From Calditrichaceae bacterium (lineage in GTDB: Bacteria > Calditrichota > Calditrichia > Calditrichales > JBFXGD01): 55,722 bases of DNA. The translations under genes were made by a program, and so were the position numbers. Location of the stretch: positions 1 to 55,722 of the forward strand of contig JBFXGD010000003.1 of NCBI GenBank assembly GCA_050178385.1, in the 5' to 3' direction. This document shows positions 29,655 to 39,208 of this stretch, piece after piece; positions within the stretch are counted from its first letter, which is position 1; the number at the start of each line of letters is the position of its first letter. The notes below the pieces were generated by a model that was given only the letters and a program-made list of their open reading frames with translations, searched no databases and was not told where the DNA came from.

Positions 29655-30404
29655 ATGAAATATAAAATATCATTCCTTATTGTTATAGCACTTGGTATGG
29701 CAATAATACTAAGTTCTTATACTTTCCAGAACAAGGAAGGCGTGGCAAAGATCAGTTTCCCGCTCGGCAATGTTCTTGTCCTTAAGGTGGGCGAAAAACA
29801 GATGTCCAAAGCAGTATTTAATATGAATCTGTTTGAAGGGGACAAAGTTAAAACACAACCCCAGTCACGCTGCGAGATTAAATTTAAGGACGGCAGCATC
29901 GTCAGAATCGATGAGCAGAGTATTTACACCATCGAAAAAGCCAGCATTTCGGACAAGGAAAAGAATGTTCAGTCAGAGCTTTCAATAGGAAAGCTTTGGG
30001 CGAACGTAAAGAAGCTCACCAAATCTTCTGACAAATGGAAACTCAGAGGTCCTTCCGCGGTTGTGGCTATAAGAGGTACCATTTACAGAATGGATGCTGA
30101 AGCCGATTCAACGACACTCGTAAAAGTTTACGAAGGCAGCGTGGGTGTTGGTTCTCCTGGATGGCAAATGGGTACCGTCGAACCGCAGAAGAAGCCGGGG
30201 CCGCCTCAGCAGATTAAAGGTCCGGAACAGATACAAGGGCCAAAACAGGTAACTTTGGAAGAGTGGTTTGAGATTATTAAAGCCCAGCAGCAGATAATGG
30301 TAAAACCTGATGGCACCTTCCAGAAATCAGAGTTTGACATTGCGGATGATGCGAAGAACAGTTGGGTTCAGTGGAATCTGGAAAGAGATAAACTAATCGA
30401 ATAA
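29655..30404 (+). CDS. Exported FecR-domain protein
   Basis: GDKVKT..QSRCEIKF.DGSIVRIDEQS, PSAVVAIRGT, VKVYEGSV. Confidence 0.8.
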   Translation: MKYKISFLIVIALGMAIILSSYTFQNKEGVAKISFPLGNVLVLKVGEKQMSKAVFNMNLFEGDKVKTQPQSRCEIKFKDGSIVRIDEQSIYTIEKASISDKEKNVQSELSIGKLWANVKKLTKSSDKWKLRGPSAVVAIRGTIYRMDAEADSTTLVKVYEGSVGVGSPGWQMGTVEPQKKPGPPQQIKGPEQIQGPKQVTLEEWFEIIKAQQQIMVKPDGTFQKSEFDIADDAKNSWVQWNLERDKLIE

Positions 30405-30432
30405 AAAAAGGAGCGTCACGCTCCTTTTTTTT
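30403..30432. terminator. Bidirectional intrinsic terminator between convergent genes
   Basis: A-run GGAGCG-TCA-CGCTCC T-run. Confidence 0.88.
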
Positions 30433-31565
30433 CAGTAGGAACGATCCTTCCAAACAATTTTTTTTGGAATAAAGAAAAGCACTCCAAATATAACCGTGTA
30501 TAAGATATAAAAAATCTCAAAGTGGAGAAAATATCGGTTTAAATATTTAATGTTCAATCTTCTGGTTTGCTGTTTTATCATTAAATAATCAATTCCTAAA
30601 ATAAACCCTATCCCGGCTCCCGCGCTTGCATTCCATTGTGAAAATGAAAATACCAGAATTATAGAGATATGCGCAATTAACGATAACGTCATCAGGAAAT
30701 AACCCCATGGCCGGGCAGATTTTCCGCCGGATATCCATCGCTGCCTTTGCTGATAAAAGTCCTTCATTGTTTTGACCGGGGAACTAAAAATAGTATTGGC
30801 TGCATCCTGAGTATGTATTATTTCCCAGTTTTCTGTTTTCTCAATTGCCTTCATCAACGCGAAATCTTCTGTTATAGAAAATCCCAGTTTTTTAAATCCT
30901 CCGGTCTCGTGATAGGCGGACATTCTAAATCCAAAATTATTTCCTAAAATGGTCACAGGTTTTCCGGCATTGCTTGTGCCCGAGGCAATGGACTGTAAAA
31001 ATAGCCAGTCTAATGCCTGAATTTTAGCGAATAGAGACATAGAATCATCTCTTACGGTCATAAATTCCAGGGGAACAAGGGCTGTTAATCCACCGGCCAT
31101 GCCGGTATTTTGATTGAAATATGAAGCGTAGGTTCTGATCCATGAATTTGGTACGATACAATCGGCGTCGGTAATCAACACAATATCGGATTCAACTTGC
31201 TCCAGTGCCTGAGAAAGAGCATTCATTTTACCATGTAATCCATCTAAATCTTCCTGAATAGATATTGATCGAAAATTTTCATTTCTTTTAACAAACTCTG
31301 CGGTAATCTCAACTGACCTGTCATCTGACCGGTCATCAATTATTATTACCCTGAAAAGATGAACGGGATAATTCTGTTCTTCGAGTGAATGAAGGCATTG
31401 GGCAATGTTTTTTTCTTCATTTCTCATCGCAACCAGAATAGAAATCTCAGGCAGCTTTTTTGGTTCTGTTTTTTGAGGGGATTTTTGACTCATCAGGTAA
31501 TGCGCGGTGAAAAAATAAGCGATCCCTAAAACCAGACTTAACTCGGTTATCAAATTCGCATCCAT
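30432..31565 (-). CDS. Membrane GT2 glycosyltransferase
   Basis: VAMRNEE, DDRSDD, TDADC, TEDF, QRQRW processive-type motifs; C-terminal TMs. Confidence 0.9.
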   Translation of the reverse strand: MDANLITELSLVLGIAYFFTAHYLMSQKSPQKTEPKKLPEISILVAMRNEEKNIAQCLHSLEEQNYPVHLFRVIIIDDRSDDRSVEITAEFVKRNENFRSISIQEDLDGLHGKMNALSQALEQVESDIVLITDADCIVPNSWIRTYASYFNQNTGMAGGLTALVPLEFMTVRDDSMSLFAKIQALDWLFLQSIASGTSNAGKPVTILGNNFGFRMSAYHETGGFKKLGFSITEDFALMKAIEKTENWEIIHTQDAANTIFSSPVKTMKDFYQQRQRWISGGKSARPWGYFLMTLSLIAHISIILVFSFSQWNASAGAGIGFILGIDYLMIKQQTRRLNIKYLNRYFLHFEIFYILYTVIFGVLFFIPKKIVWKDRSY

Positions 31566-31603
31566 AATTATATAGAAATAGTTTGTAATTTTTAAGACAA
31601 GAT

Positions 31604-32770
31604 TCAGGCGCTCTGCGTCGAATCGGTTTGTAACGCGCTTTCCACGCTAGCTTCAGCCCATCTAAATTGTTTAAACTGCCCGGCAATCCCAAAAAAAATG
31701 ACATAAGGGATATGTAACAGCGCGGCAAGGAAAAAAACATCGAGATTGCGCATGTCATTCAATACGCGGGCGGCTTTTTTCATAAACAGAAACTCTGAAA
31801 GTGTTTTTGCCGCATACACAAAAAGAGCAGTTTTAAAAAACAGAGGACTAAAAAAATAGGTTGAGATACCGGTAAATATCATCAGATTGAAAGCGAAAAG
31901 AGAGATTAATCCGAGAGTGACTTTAACCGGATAATCAAATCCTTTGCTGGCATAACGCATCCGCTGATGAAAAAAAGAACTCAGGGTCTCCGGCGGATCA
32001 TTGTAGACATGCGCTGTTTTACCGGGCGCGTACCGGATTCTGTATTTTCCGGCTTCTCTGACACGGGTCAGGAAAAGGTCATCATCTCCTGAGATATAAG
32101 GTTCGAATTCCCCAAATCCACCGATTTCAATATATAGTTTTTTTCGATATGCCATATTTGTTCCAACACAGGTAACGGGATATCCTAAACCGGTGCTAGA
32201 CGCGGCAATTGCGGCATGAGACAGATATTCGATGGCGAGCATTTTTTGAATGGACGAACCGGAGTCTGAAGAAGCATAGGGAGCATAGCCGAGAACCATA
32301 TCAGTATTACCGGTAAAGTAGGAAACCATTGTCTCTGCCCATCGCGAACCGGGCCTGCCATCCGCATCGGTCAGCAGAATAATTTCACCTTTCGCGGATT
32401 TAATCGCGGTATCAATTGCCCTCTTCTTTGGGGCGAATCCTGGAAGGCGGTCTTTTATCGTGATCAATCTGAACCTGGGATCATCTGCGCAGTATTTGAT
32501 TATGATTTCTTCCGTTCTGTCAGTCGATCGGTCATTCACGATAATAAACTCAATCAGGTCTTTTGGATATGACTGCGCGGAAAGATATTTAAGCGCCGCG
32601 GAAAGATTCTTCTCTTCATTTCTGGCAGAGATGATAACACTTACACGCGGTTTTTTATCAGTTCTTTCCTTTATCCCAAGATGGTTCAAACCGTTGCTTA
32701 GAACGGCTAACCCCACAAGATAGATCGAGAGTAATATAAGCAGAATTAGGCCAGGCAAAACAATTCCCAT
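31604..32770 (-). CDS. Membrane GT2 glycosyltransferase (paralog)
   Basis: ISARNEE, NDRSTD, TDADG, SGDDD, QRMRY; N- and C-terminal TMs. Confidence 0.9.
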   Translation of the reverse strand: MGIVLPGLILLILLSIYLVGLAVLSNGLNHLGIKERTDKKPRVSVIISARNEEKNLSAALKYLSAQSYPKDLIEFIIVNDRSTDRTEEIIIKYCADDPRFRLITIKDRLPGFAPKKRAIDTAIKSAKGEIILLTDADGRPGSRWAETMVSYFTGNTDMVLGYAPYASSDSGSSIQKMLAIEYLSHAAIAASSTGLGYPVTCVGTNMAYRKKLYIEIGGFGEFEPYISGDDDLFLTRVREAGKYRIRYAPGKTAHVYNDPPETLSSFFHQRMRYASKGFDYPVKVTLGLISLFAFNLMIFTGISTYFFSPLFFKTALFVYAAKTLSEFLFMKKAARVLNDMRNLDVFFLAALLHIPYVIFFGIAGQFKQFRWAEASVESALQTDSTQSA

Positions 32771-33003
32771 TGCGATTTTACATTTATCCTGATAGTGTGA
32801 CTTTAATTAAAATAATACTACATAAAACTACGGTTAACATAATTTAAACCTGACTAGTTCTATTTCCAAAATTAAAAACACCTTTTAAGCTTTCGGGCTA
32901 AAAGGGATGAATCAGTAAATTAATTAGCACTTTCGATATCAGGTTATTATGATTAAATTAAAACGGGTGTAGTAGGTTATTTGATTACGGGAGGAGACTG
33001 ACT

Positions 33004-33720
33004 ATGGCTGAAAGCAAAATTGGTTGTGCCCGGCCTATAGGATATGTGGTCGGTGCTAAGGGTAAGGATGAGCTAAGAAAAGACCGGGATGAAAATAAGG
33101 AGAATTATATGATCACAGCAAAAGTTGGATCCCTTGCGCCGGATTTTGAGGCGCCGGCGTATTTTCAGGGAAAATTTACAGAGATCAAACTCTCAAATTT
33201 CCTCGGGCGCTGGGTATTACTCTGTTTCTACCCGGGTGATTTTACCTTCGTCTGAGCGACTGAAGTTTCAGCGGTCGCTGAAAAATATGTAGAATTACAA
33301 AAATTGGGAGTGGAAGTTATTTCAGTAAGTGTGGATAGTGTATTTGTGCATAAAACATGGAACGATCAGGAACTCTCAAAGATGATTGGAAGGGATATCC
33401 CGTTTCATATGGCATCGGACGGACCGGGAAATCTCGGGAAAGTTTATGGCGTTTATGATGAAGCTGCCGGAGTCGAGCTCCGGGGACGTTTTATCATTGA
33501 CCCGGACGGAGTCATTCAGGCTATGGAGGTAATGACCCCTCCCGTTGGCCGTGATATCAGGGAAACGATCCGACAGGTCCAGGCTTTTCAGCATGTCAGG
33601 AAAACAAAAGGGGCTGAAGTTTGTCCCGCAGGGTGGCAGCCGGGTAAAAAAACACTTAAACCCGGTCCGGATCTTGTCGGACAGGTTTGGAAACATTGGA
33701 ATCCTAAAAAAGATTTATAG
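33004..33720 (+). CDS. prxU: Selenocysteine-containing peroxiredoxin (AhpC/Prx1 type; UGA 33253-33255 read as Sec), 238 aa
   Basis: ORFs 33004-33255 and 33304-33720 are in the same frame; read-through gives [19 protein letters not shown], placing UGA at the peroxidatic Cys; C-term EVCPAGW. Confidence 0.92.
33266..33283 (+). promoter_or_regulatory. Putative bacterial SECIS hairpin
   Basis: TTTCAGC-GGTC-GCTGAAA; the G-initial loop follows a 17-nt spacer after the UGA. Confidence 0.75.
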
Positions 33721-33902
33721 TTTTGACGGCTTTACTACACCCATTTTTTTAAACATGTTTCTAAATAAAGATGTTAATAGGGAATGATCATTCCTGAAAA
33801 TAATTCAGGATTTCATTCATCTTTCTTTATTATTATCTCTCTGACACCATATCTATGGAAATACCCACCCTAAGAATTGCGTATTAATCAAAAATTATCA
33901 TA

Positions 33903-36053
33903 ATGATGGATGTAAGCAAATTGTTGAATCATTTTTTGCCAATAATGTTATTAGCCTTAGCCTGCGGTCCGGATAAAAATAAATCTGAGGATACTACAAT
34001 GCATGAATATACAAATCACTTAATCAGCGAAACAAGCCCATACCTTTTGCAACACGCGCATAACCCGGTCAACTGGTATCCCTGGGGTGAGGAAGCCCTG
34101 AGACTGGCAAAGGAAAAGGATAAACCGATTTTCCTCAGCATCGGTTACGCGGCATGTCACTGGTGTCATGTGATGGAAAAAGAGTCCTTTGAAGATGAAG
34201 AGACTGCCAAAATAATGAATGAATTATTCATAAATATCAAAGTTGACCGTGAGGAAAGGCCTGATATTGATCAAATTTATATGACATATGTGCAGATGTA
34301 TACCGGCAGCGGCGGCTGGCCGATGAGCGTTTTTTTAACACCCGATCAAAAGCCATTTTACGGAGGTACCTATTTCCCGCCGGAGGACCGGTATGGAAGG
34401 CCGGGATTTAAACGATTGATAAAGTCGGTCGCGGAGTTTTATCACCATGAAAAAGATAAACTTGATAAGAGTTTGCAGCAGGTACATGAAGCATTTAATC
34501 ATTCCATGGAAGAAGTTCAGGGTGATGAACTTCCGGGGCCGGAAGTGTTTGATAAGGCCATAAATGGGCTGAAGCAACACTATGAACCGGATTTTGGCGG
34601 AATTGGCCATGCTCCGAAATTCCCGGCTGTTCAGGTCTTGAATTTGTTTATGAGAAAATACAACAAAGACCATGATAAAGAATATCTTGATATGGTGACC
34701 TTTACGCTGAAGAATATGGCAAATGGCGGAATTTATGATCAGATCGGCGGAGGATTTGCCCGGTATTCGGTTGATGAACGCTGGCTAGTCCCGCATTTCG
34801 AAAAAATGCTTTATGATAACGCGCAATTGGCGCCGCTCTATCTGGATACATATCTGCTCACGGGTGACGATTTTTATAAGAATGTCGCGTTTAATATTCT
34901 CGAGTTCGTTTCTAGAGAATTATATTCAGATGAAGGCGGATTTTACAGCAGTCTGGATGCTGACAGCGAAGGTGAGGAGGGGAAATTCTATGTATGGACA
35001 AAAGATGAAATTCTAAATTTGCTTGAAAATGAGAATGGTGAAATATTCTGTTCTTATTATGGTGTCACTGAAAAAGGTAATTTTGAAGGGACTAATATTC
35101 TGCATGTTTCAGGTGAAATCGATGCTCTGAAAAAAAAATACAGGAAGACCGGGGATGAAATAAAAAATATTATTGCCGACGGGAAAAAAATCCTTTTAAA
35201 TGATCGGGAAAATCGTATCAGACCCGGGCTGGATGATAAAGTCCTAACTTCCTGGAACGGATTGATGCTTTCTGCTTATGCGCGCGCCTATCAGATAGAA
35301 AGAAATGACAAGTATCGTATTATGATTGAAAAAAATATAGATTTCATGAAAAAAGTTCTTTTCAAAAATGGACCTTTGTTTCGGACATATAAAACTGGTA
35401 CGGCGAAATACAGCGGTTATCTGGATGATTATGCCAATCTGATAAAGGGACTTCTCGATTCATATGAAGCGTTATTTGATGATAATTATTTAAAATGGGC
35501 ATTTGAGTTAACCCAATACGTGAATCGGAATTTTCTGGATCCGGAAAACGGAGGGTATTATTACACATCAAATGAGCAGGAAGAACTGTTCAAAAGGCTG
35601 AAGGATGACACCGACCAATCGATTCCTTCAGGGACGGGGATTATGATCTTAAATAATTTGAGGATATTTTCTATCACTGATGATAATACTCTGCTAAAAA
35701 TATGTGAGGATATATTTAAGAAATACGGAGAAGAGTTTTCGGTTAATCCTTACGGCTACGCAAGCTATTTGAACGCGCTCGATTTTTATATTGACAAACC
35801 GAAGGAAATATTAATCGCTAGGCCACAGAATGCGGAAATTAATCCATACCTGGATGCAGTCAATGAATCGTATATACCAAATAAAGTGCTGATGATTATC
35901 ACCCCGGGTGAAACGCGTTCAATGATAACAAATTCACTTTTGCGGGGTAAGGAAGCTGTTAATGGAGAAGTAAGCGCGTATGTTTGTCAAAATTATACCT
36001 GCAGCCTGCCGGTTTTTTCACCGGAAGAGTTAAAAAATCTGATCAATGACTGA
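33903..36053 (+). CDS. YyaL/SPATA20-like protein (DUF255 thioredoxin domain plus (alpha/alpha)6 barrel)
   Basis: [47 protein letters not shown]; possible lipobox LALAC; alternative ATG 33999. Confidence 0.92.
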   Translation: MMDVSKLLNHFLPIMLLALACGPDKNKSEDTTMHEYTNHLISETSPYLLQHAHNPVNWYPWGEEALRLAKEKDKPIFLSIGYAACHWCHVMEKESFEDEETAKIMNELFINIKVDREERPDIDQIYMTYVQMYTGSGGWPMSVFLTPDQKPFYGGTYFPPEDRYGRPGFKRLIKSVAEFYHHEKDKLDKSLQQVHEAFNHSMEEVQGDELPGPEVFDKAINGLKQHYEPDFGGIGHAPKFPAVQVLNLFMRKYNKDHDKEYLDMVTFTLKNMANGGIYDQIGGGFARYSVDERWLVPHFEKMLYDNAQLAPLYLDTYLLTGDDFYKNVAFNILEFVSRELYSDEGGFYSSLDADSEGEEGKFYVWTKDEILNLLENENGEIFCSYYGVTEKGNFEGTNILHVSGEIDALKKKYRKTGDEIKNIIADGKKILLNDRENRIRPGLDDKVLTSWNGLMLSAYARAYQIERNDKYRIMIEKNIDFMKKVLFKNGPLFRTYKTGTAKYSGYLDDYANLIKGLLDSYEALFDDNYLKWAFELTQYVNRNFLDPENGGYYYTSNEQEELFKRLKDDTDQSIPSGTGIMILNNLRIFSITDDNTLLKICEDIFKKYGEEFSVNPYGYASYLNALDFYIDKPKEILIARPQNAEINPYLDAVNESYIPNKVLMIITPGETRSMITNSLLRGKEAVNGEVSAYVCQNYTCSLPVFSPEELKNLIND

Positions 36054-36112
36054 CGGGAAATTATCAATAAAGCTTCCGGTGAGCAGACACGGCCTGATGT
36101 ATAGGGAGAAAC

Positions 36113-36460
36113 CTATTCGGTTTCTCCCTCATTTTTTTGAAAAAAATGATAGAATATCAGCAGGCCTAGTCCCGGGAAAAGAAATATAAGACTCAGTGTG
36201 ACCTGTTCATTCGAATCTTCCGGCATAAAATTTCCGATGAGGATGGCCAATCCGATACCGATTAAAATAATTCCGATTTTTACAAGATTTAGATTGTTTG
36301 AATTCTTCTTGTAATGGCCGAGGAGATGCTTGAGTTCATCTCCTCCGATTCCTTTTTCAATTATACTCATCTTTTCAATATGGCGGTTACGAAAATATTG
36401 ATAGATGACAACAGAAACCGAAATGAAAAAGGTTAAAGGAACTAATATTTCCGCGCGCAT
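36113..36460 (-). CDS. Small membrane protein (DUF6249-like), divergent from ECF sigma
   Basis: Three hydrophobic segments; R..EKMSIIEKG and LVKIGIILIGIGLA pattern; SD GGAGG. Confidence 0.7.
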   Translation of the reverse strand: MRAEILVPLTFFISVSVVIYQYFRNRHIEKMSIIEKGIGGDELKHLLGHYKKNSNNLNLVKIGIILIGIGLAILIGNFMPEDSNEQVTLSLIFLFPGLGLLIFYHFFQKNEGETE

Positions 36461-36490
36461 TGATTTCCTCCTGTTTGGTTTTGTACTATA

Positions 36491-36518
36491 AGACAGGGGG
36501 TTTCACGGAACGGTTTCA
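36491..36518 (-). promoter_or_regulatory. Putative ECF sigma promoter for the DUF6249-like gene
   Basis: Minus strand TGAAACC-N16-TGTCT, same motif and spacing as the + strand copy. Confidence 0.7.
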
Positions 36519-36536
36519 ATTTTTTTAATTTTTTTC

Positions 36537-36564
36537 TGAAACCCTTTTAATTAATAACATGTCT
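36537..36564 (+). promoter_or_regulatory. Putative autoregulatory ECF sigma promoter
   Basis: TGAAACC-N16-TGTCT directly upstream of the sigma gene. Confidence 0.7.
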
Positions 36565-36575
36565 AATTGGATGTG

Positions 36576-37169
36576 ATGACAGAACTTGAGTTAATCGATC
36601 AGCTTAAAACAGGCGATACAAAGGCGCTAAAGTCTCTTATGCAGATGCATCAGGACTATGTGTTTACAATCGCCATGCAAATGGTGCGCAAAAAAGAAGC
36701 CGCCGAGGAGTTAACCCAGGATGTCTTTGTAAAGGCATATTATAATATCCAAACCTATGAAGGACGAGGTAAATTTACGACCTGGCTGTATAAGATTGTG
36801 TATAACACTTGCTTAAATTATCTTCGGAAAAAACAGATCGTTTATACAGCCGGTGATTTAGAAAAACCTGGTATTAATAATGATGAAAATTCAGAGCTAA
36901 TGAGGTTATGGACTACAAAAAGCGCTGAGCAGATAGAACCTGAACTTGAAAACAGTAATTTACAATCAATATTATGGGCGGCAATTGACCGCTTACCTCT
37001 TATTCAGAGTTTGGTGATTTCAATGTATTATCTCAATGAATTTAGTGTTTCCGAAATTGCCGGGATATTAGAAATTCCACACAACACAATAAAAACACAT
37101 CTGTTTCGGGGAAGAAGCCAGATGCGGGAGATTCTTTTAAGTGAATTTACCACAGAGGAGCTCATGTGA
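36576..37169 (+). CDS. ECF sigma-70 factor (start GTG 36573 or ATG 36576)
   Basis: AEELTQDVFVKAY, FTTWLYKIVYNTCLN (region 2); SVSEIAGILEIPHNTIKTHLFRGR (region 4). Confidence 0.93.
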   Translation: MTELELIDQLKTGDTKALKSLMQMHQDYVFTIAMQMVRKKEAAEELTQDVFVKAYYNIQTYEGRGKFTTWLYKIVYNTCLNYLRKKQIVYTAGDLEKPGINNDENSELMRLWTTKSAEQIEPELENSNLQSILWAAIDRLPLIQSLVISMYYLNEFSVSEIAGILEIPHNTIKTHLFRGRSQMREILLSEFTTEELM

Positions 37170-37711
37170 AAAGGCATATTTCAGAGTCTGAGATAGAAAT
37201 ATATCTTTTGGAAGGCACTGGATCATTGAAACATGACAGACTGCTGCATATCGAAGGATGTAAGTCCTGCCGGTTAATGATTGAACAGTCAGTCGAAATC
37301 CATGCCATGCTAAAAAAATTACGCCCCATTCCGGTCGATCAAGGACAGTTTCAGGGTGTTGAAGCAAGAATTTTAGCGACTCCCCGCAAAAGCGTCAAAA
37401 AACGAGATTGGCTTACTTATATTTCTCTTTTACTGCTTGCTGTCATTGCAATTTCCATTGCATTTTCAGGTCAATCACCTATGTTTTTAACAAACCAGGA
37501 ATCAGATTTATATCATTTAAACGACACTATTAGCAAAAATATCGATGGTATCATCAATTTAAAAGACCGGCTTCCCCATATTGTAATTCCCAAATCGATT
37601 AATGATTTTTCCGTCGGCAGTCCACTCTTTATCATTCTTTTTTCAATTGTTGTTTTAGTGTTTTATATGTTTTTGGATAGATATTATTCACAAAAATTTT
37701 TCCGTCAGTGA
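37166..37711 (+). CDS. Zinc-binding (ZAS) anti-sigma factor with two TM segments
   Basis: H...HIEGCKSC (HxxxCxxC); overlaps sigma stop codon. Confidence 0.8.
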   Translation: MKRHISESEIEIYLLEGTGSLKHDRLLHIEGCKSCRLMIEQSVEIHAMLKKLRPIPVDQGQFQGVEARILATPRKSVKKRDWLTYISLLLLAVIAISIAFSGQSPMFLTNQESDLYHLNDTISKNIDGIINLKDRLPHIVIPKSINDFSVGSPLFIILFSIVVLVFYMFLDRYYSQKFFRQ

Positions 37712-37838
37712 AAATTGAACTTCAGACTCGTGGCAATAAATAAGATTTGCCGGACAACAAACGCATTAATTATTTTTCTTTGAACGTTTTTTGATCGCTT
37801 CGTATATTTATTTCCGATACATAGATCACGGAGAAAAA

Positions 37839-38741
37839 ATGTGTAAGATCAGGGCATTCAAAGAAGAATATATCGGCTTAATCCTAAAATTACTCATAGA
37901 AAACCTGACATTTGATTCCTTTTCAGTGCCGCTTCTCAGGGAAAAAATACTGGAAGACCCGGATTATGATCCGGAGCTCGTTCTTACCTGTTGGGAAGGC
38001 GATTCGCTGACAGGTTTCATGCAGGGTTTGATCAGGGAAGCTGATGGTGAAAAAACCGCGTTTCTGAAATTGTTCGCGGTTTCCGCTGCACACCGACATA
38101 AGGGGATTGCCAAAAATCTCTATGAGATACTGGACGAAAAATTTAGGAATTCAGGTGTGAAAAGCGTAAAAATCACGACAATCCCGGACAATTATTATAT
38201 GCCGGGAATTGATTCCCGCTATTCTGATGCGCTGGCTTTTATCAGGAGTCTCGGGTTTAGTATGATTGCGGAATCGATGAATCTGGTCGTAACTCTGCAA
38301 GAACAGAATTTTGATACAACCCCGGATGAGCGTAATTTCAATAAACAGAATTATTATTTTAGCAGAGTCACCTATGAACAACGTGATGAAATTATAAGTT
38401 TTCTGGCAGAAAATTTTAAAGAATGTCTGAAAGAAGGCGAAAGAGTTTACTTTTCCTACCCGGTAAGTATGCATATTGTGCGCGAGGGAAATAAAATCGC
38501 CGGATTCGCTGCTCATAATACCAATAATTTTGGGAGCGGATGGTTTGGGCCTGCCGGAGTGATACCGGAAATTAAGAGCCGCGATTTAGATGTGGTACTC
38601 TTAAAAAGATGTTTACAGGATATGAAAGAGTGGGAGATGAATCAGGCTGTGATTCCCGATGTTACGAAAATATCATTTTATGAAGCGCATGCCATGGCAA
38701 AAGAAGATCGCAAATTCATAAAATTTGAAAAAAAACTTTAA
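37839..38741 (+). CDS. Tandem GNAT N-acetyltransferase
   Basis: FAVSAAHRHKGIA acetyl-CoA motif; second degenerate domain WFGPAGV; start moved to ATG after GGAG. Confidence 0.8.
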   Translation: MCKIRAFKEEYIGLILKLLIENLTFDSFSVPLLREKILEDPDYDPELVLTCWEGDSLTGFMQGLIREADGEKTAFLKLFAVSAAHRHKGIAKNLYEILDEKFRNSGVKSVKITTIPDNYYMPGIDSRYSDALAFIRSLGFSMIAESMNLVVTLQEQNFDTTPDERNFNKQNYYFSRVTYEQRDEIISFLAENFKECLKEGERVYFSYPVSMHIVREGNKIAGFAAHNTNNFGSGWFGPAGVIPEIKSRDLDVVLLKRCLQDMKEWEMNQAVIPDVTKISFYEAHAMAKEDRKFIKFEKKL

Positions 38742-38779
38742 TTTCTGAACTTGATCCTTTTCTGATGGATAATTGTCTG

Positions 38780-38930
38780 AACTATGATTAAACTGATTAA
38801 ATGATTGGGATGAGAAAGAAAGTAAGAAGTAGGAAGTTAAGAAAAAAGATAAAAGAAAAAAGATAAAAGAGTAGAGACGCACCGTGACGCGTCTGAAGTG
38901 GGAAGTAAGAAGTTGAAGAATGGGAAGATG
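38780..38930. repeat. Intergenic repeat mosaic: TGATT repeats, GAAGTNN-type heptamers, tandem 14-mer and GTAG-initiated palindrome
   Basis: GAAAAAAGATAAAA x2 (38841-38868); GTAG-AGACGC-N8-GCGTCT (38871-38894); heptamers on both sides. Confidence 0.7.
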
Positions 38931-39208
38931 TTTGTAATAAGAATATGTATTGAATCAGAGTTATGAGGGTCATTGTCTTTACCATAGTTCACTCAAAATA
39001 AAGTATTTATAATGTATGCGATTTGCCATCAATTGTTATAAAACACCAAAAAGTTGCGAGAAAATAATGCAATCTCTTCTATTTCATCAAAGAAAAGTAG
39101 AAAAAAGAACATAATTTTATTAACTTCTTTTGCTAAATTTGACTGGATTACAACTTTGTTCACTGAATAGGTAAGCTGGATAATTTATTACGGAATGAGA
39201 TTGTTTTT

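Noticed and set aside
32924..32950. CIRCE element upstream of prxU
   Set aside because: Only the left half (TTAGCACT) is present; no GAGTGCTAA arm
33004..33720. Peroxiredoxin pseudogene or two separate small genes
   Set aside because: The only interruption is a UGA exactly at the catalytic Cys with a downstream hairpin; selenocysteine recoding explains it better
38780..38930. CRISPR array or small protein genes (38673-38882, 38797-38985)
   Set aside because: No regularly spaced 23-47 nt repeats with unique spacers; the minus-strand F/L/S-rich ORFs are by-products of the purine tract
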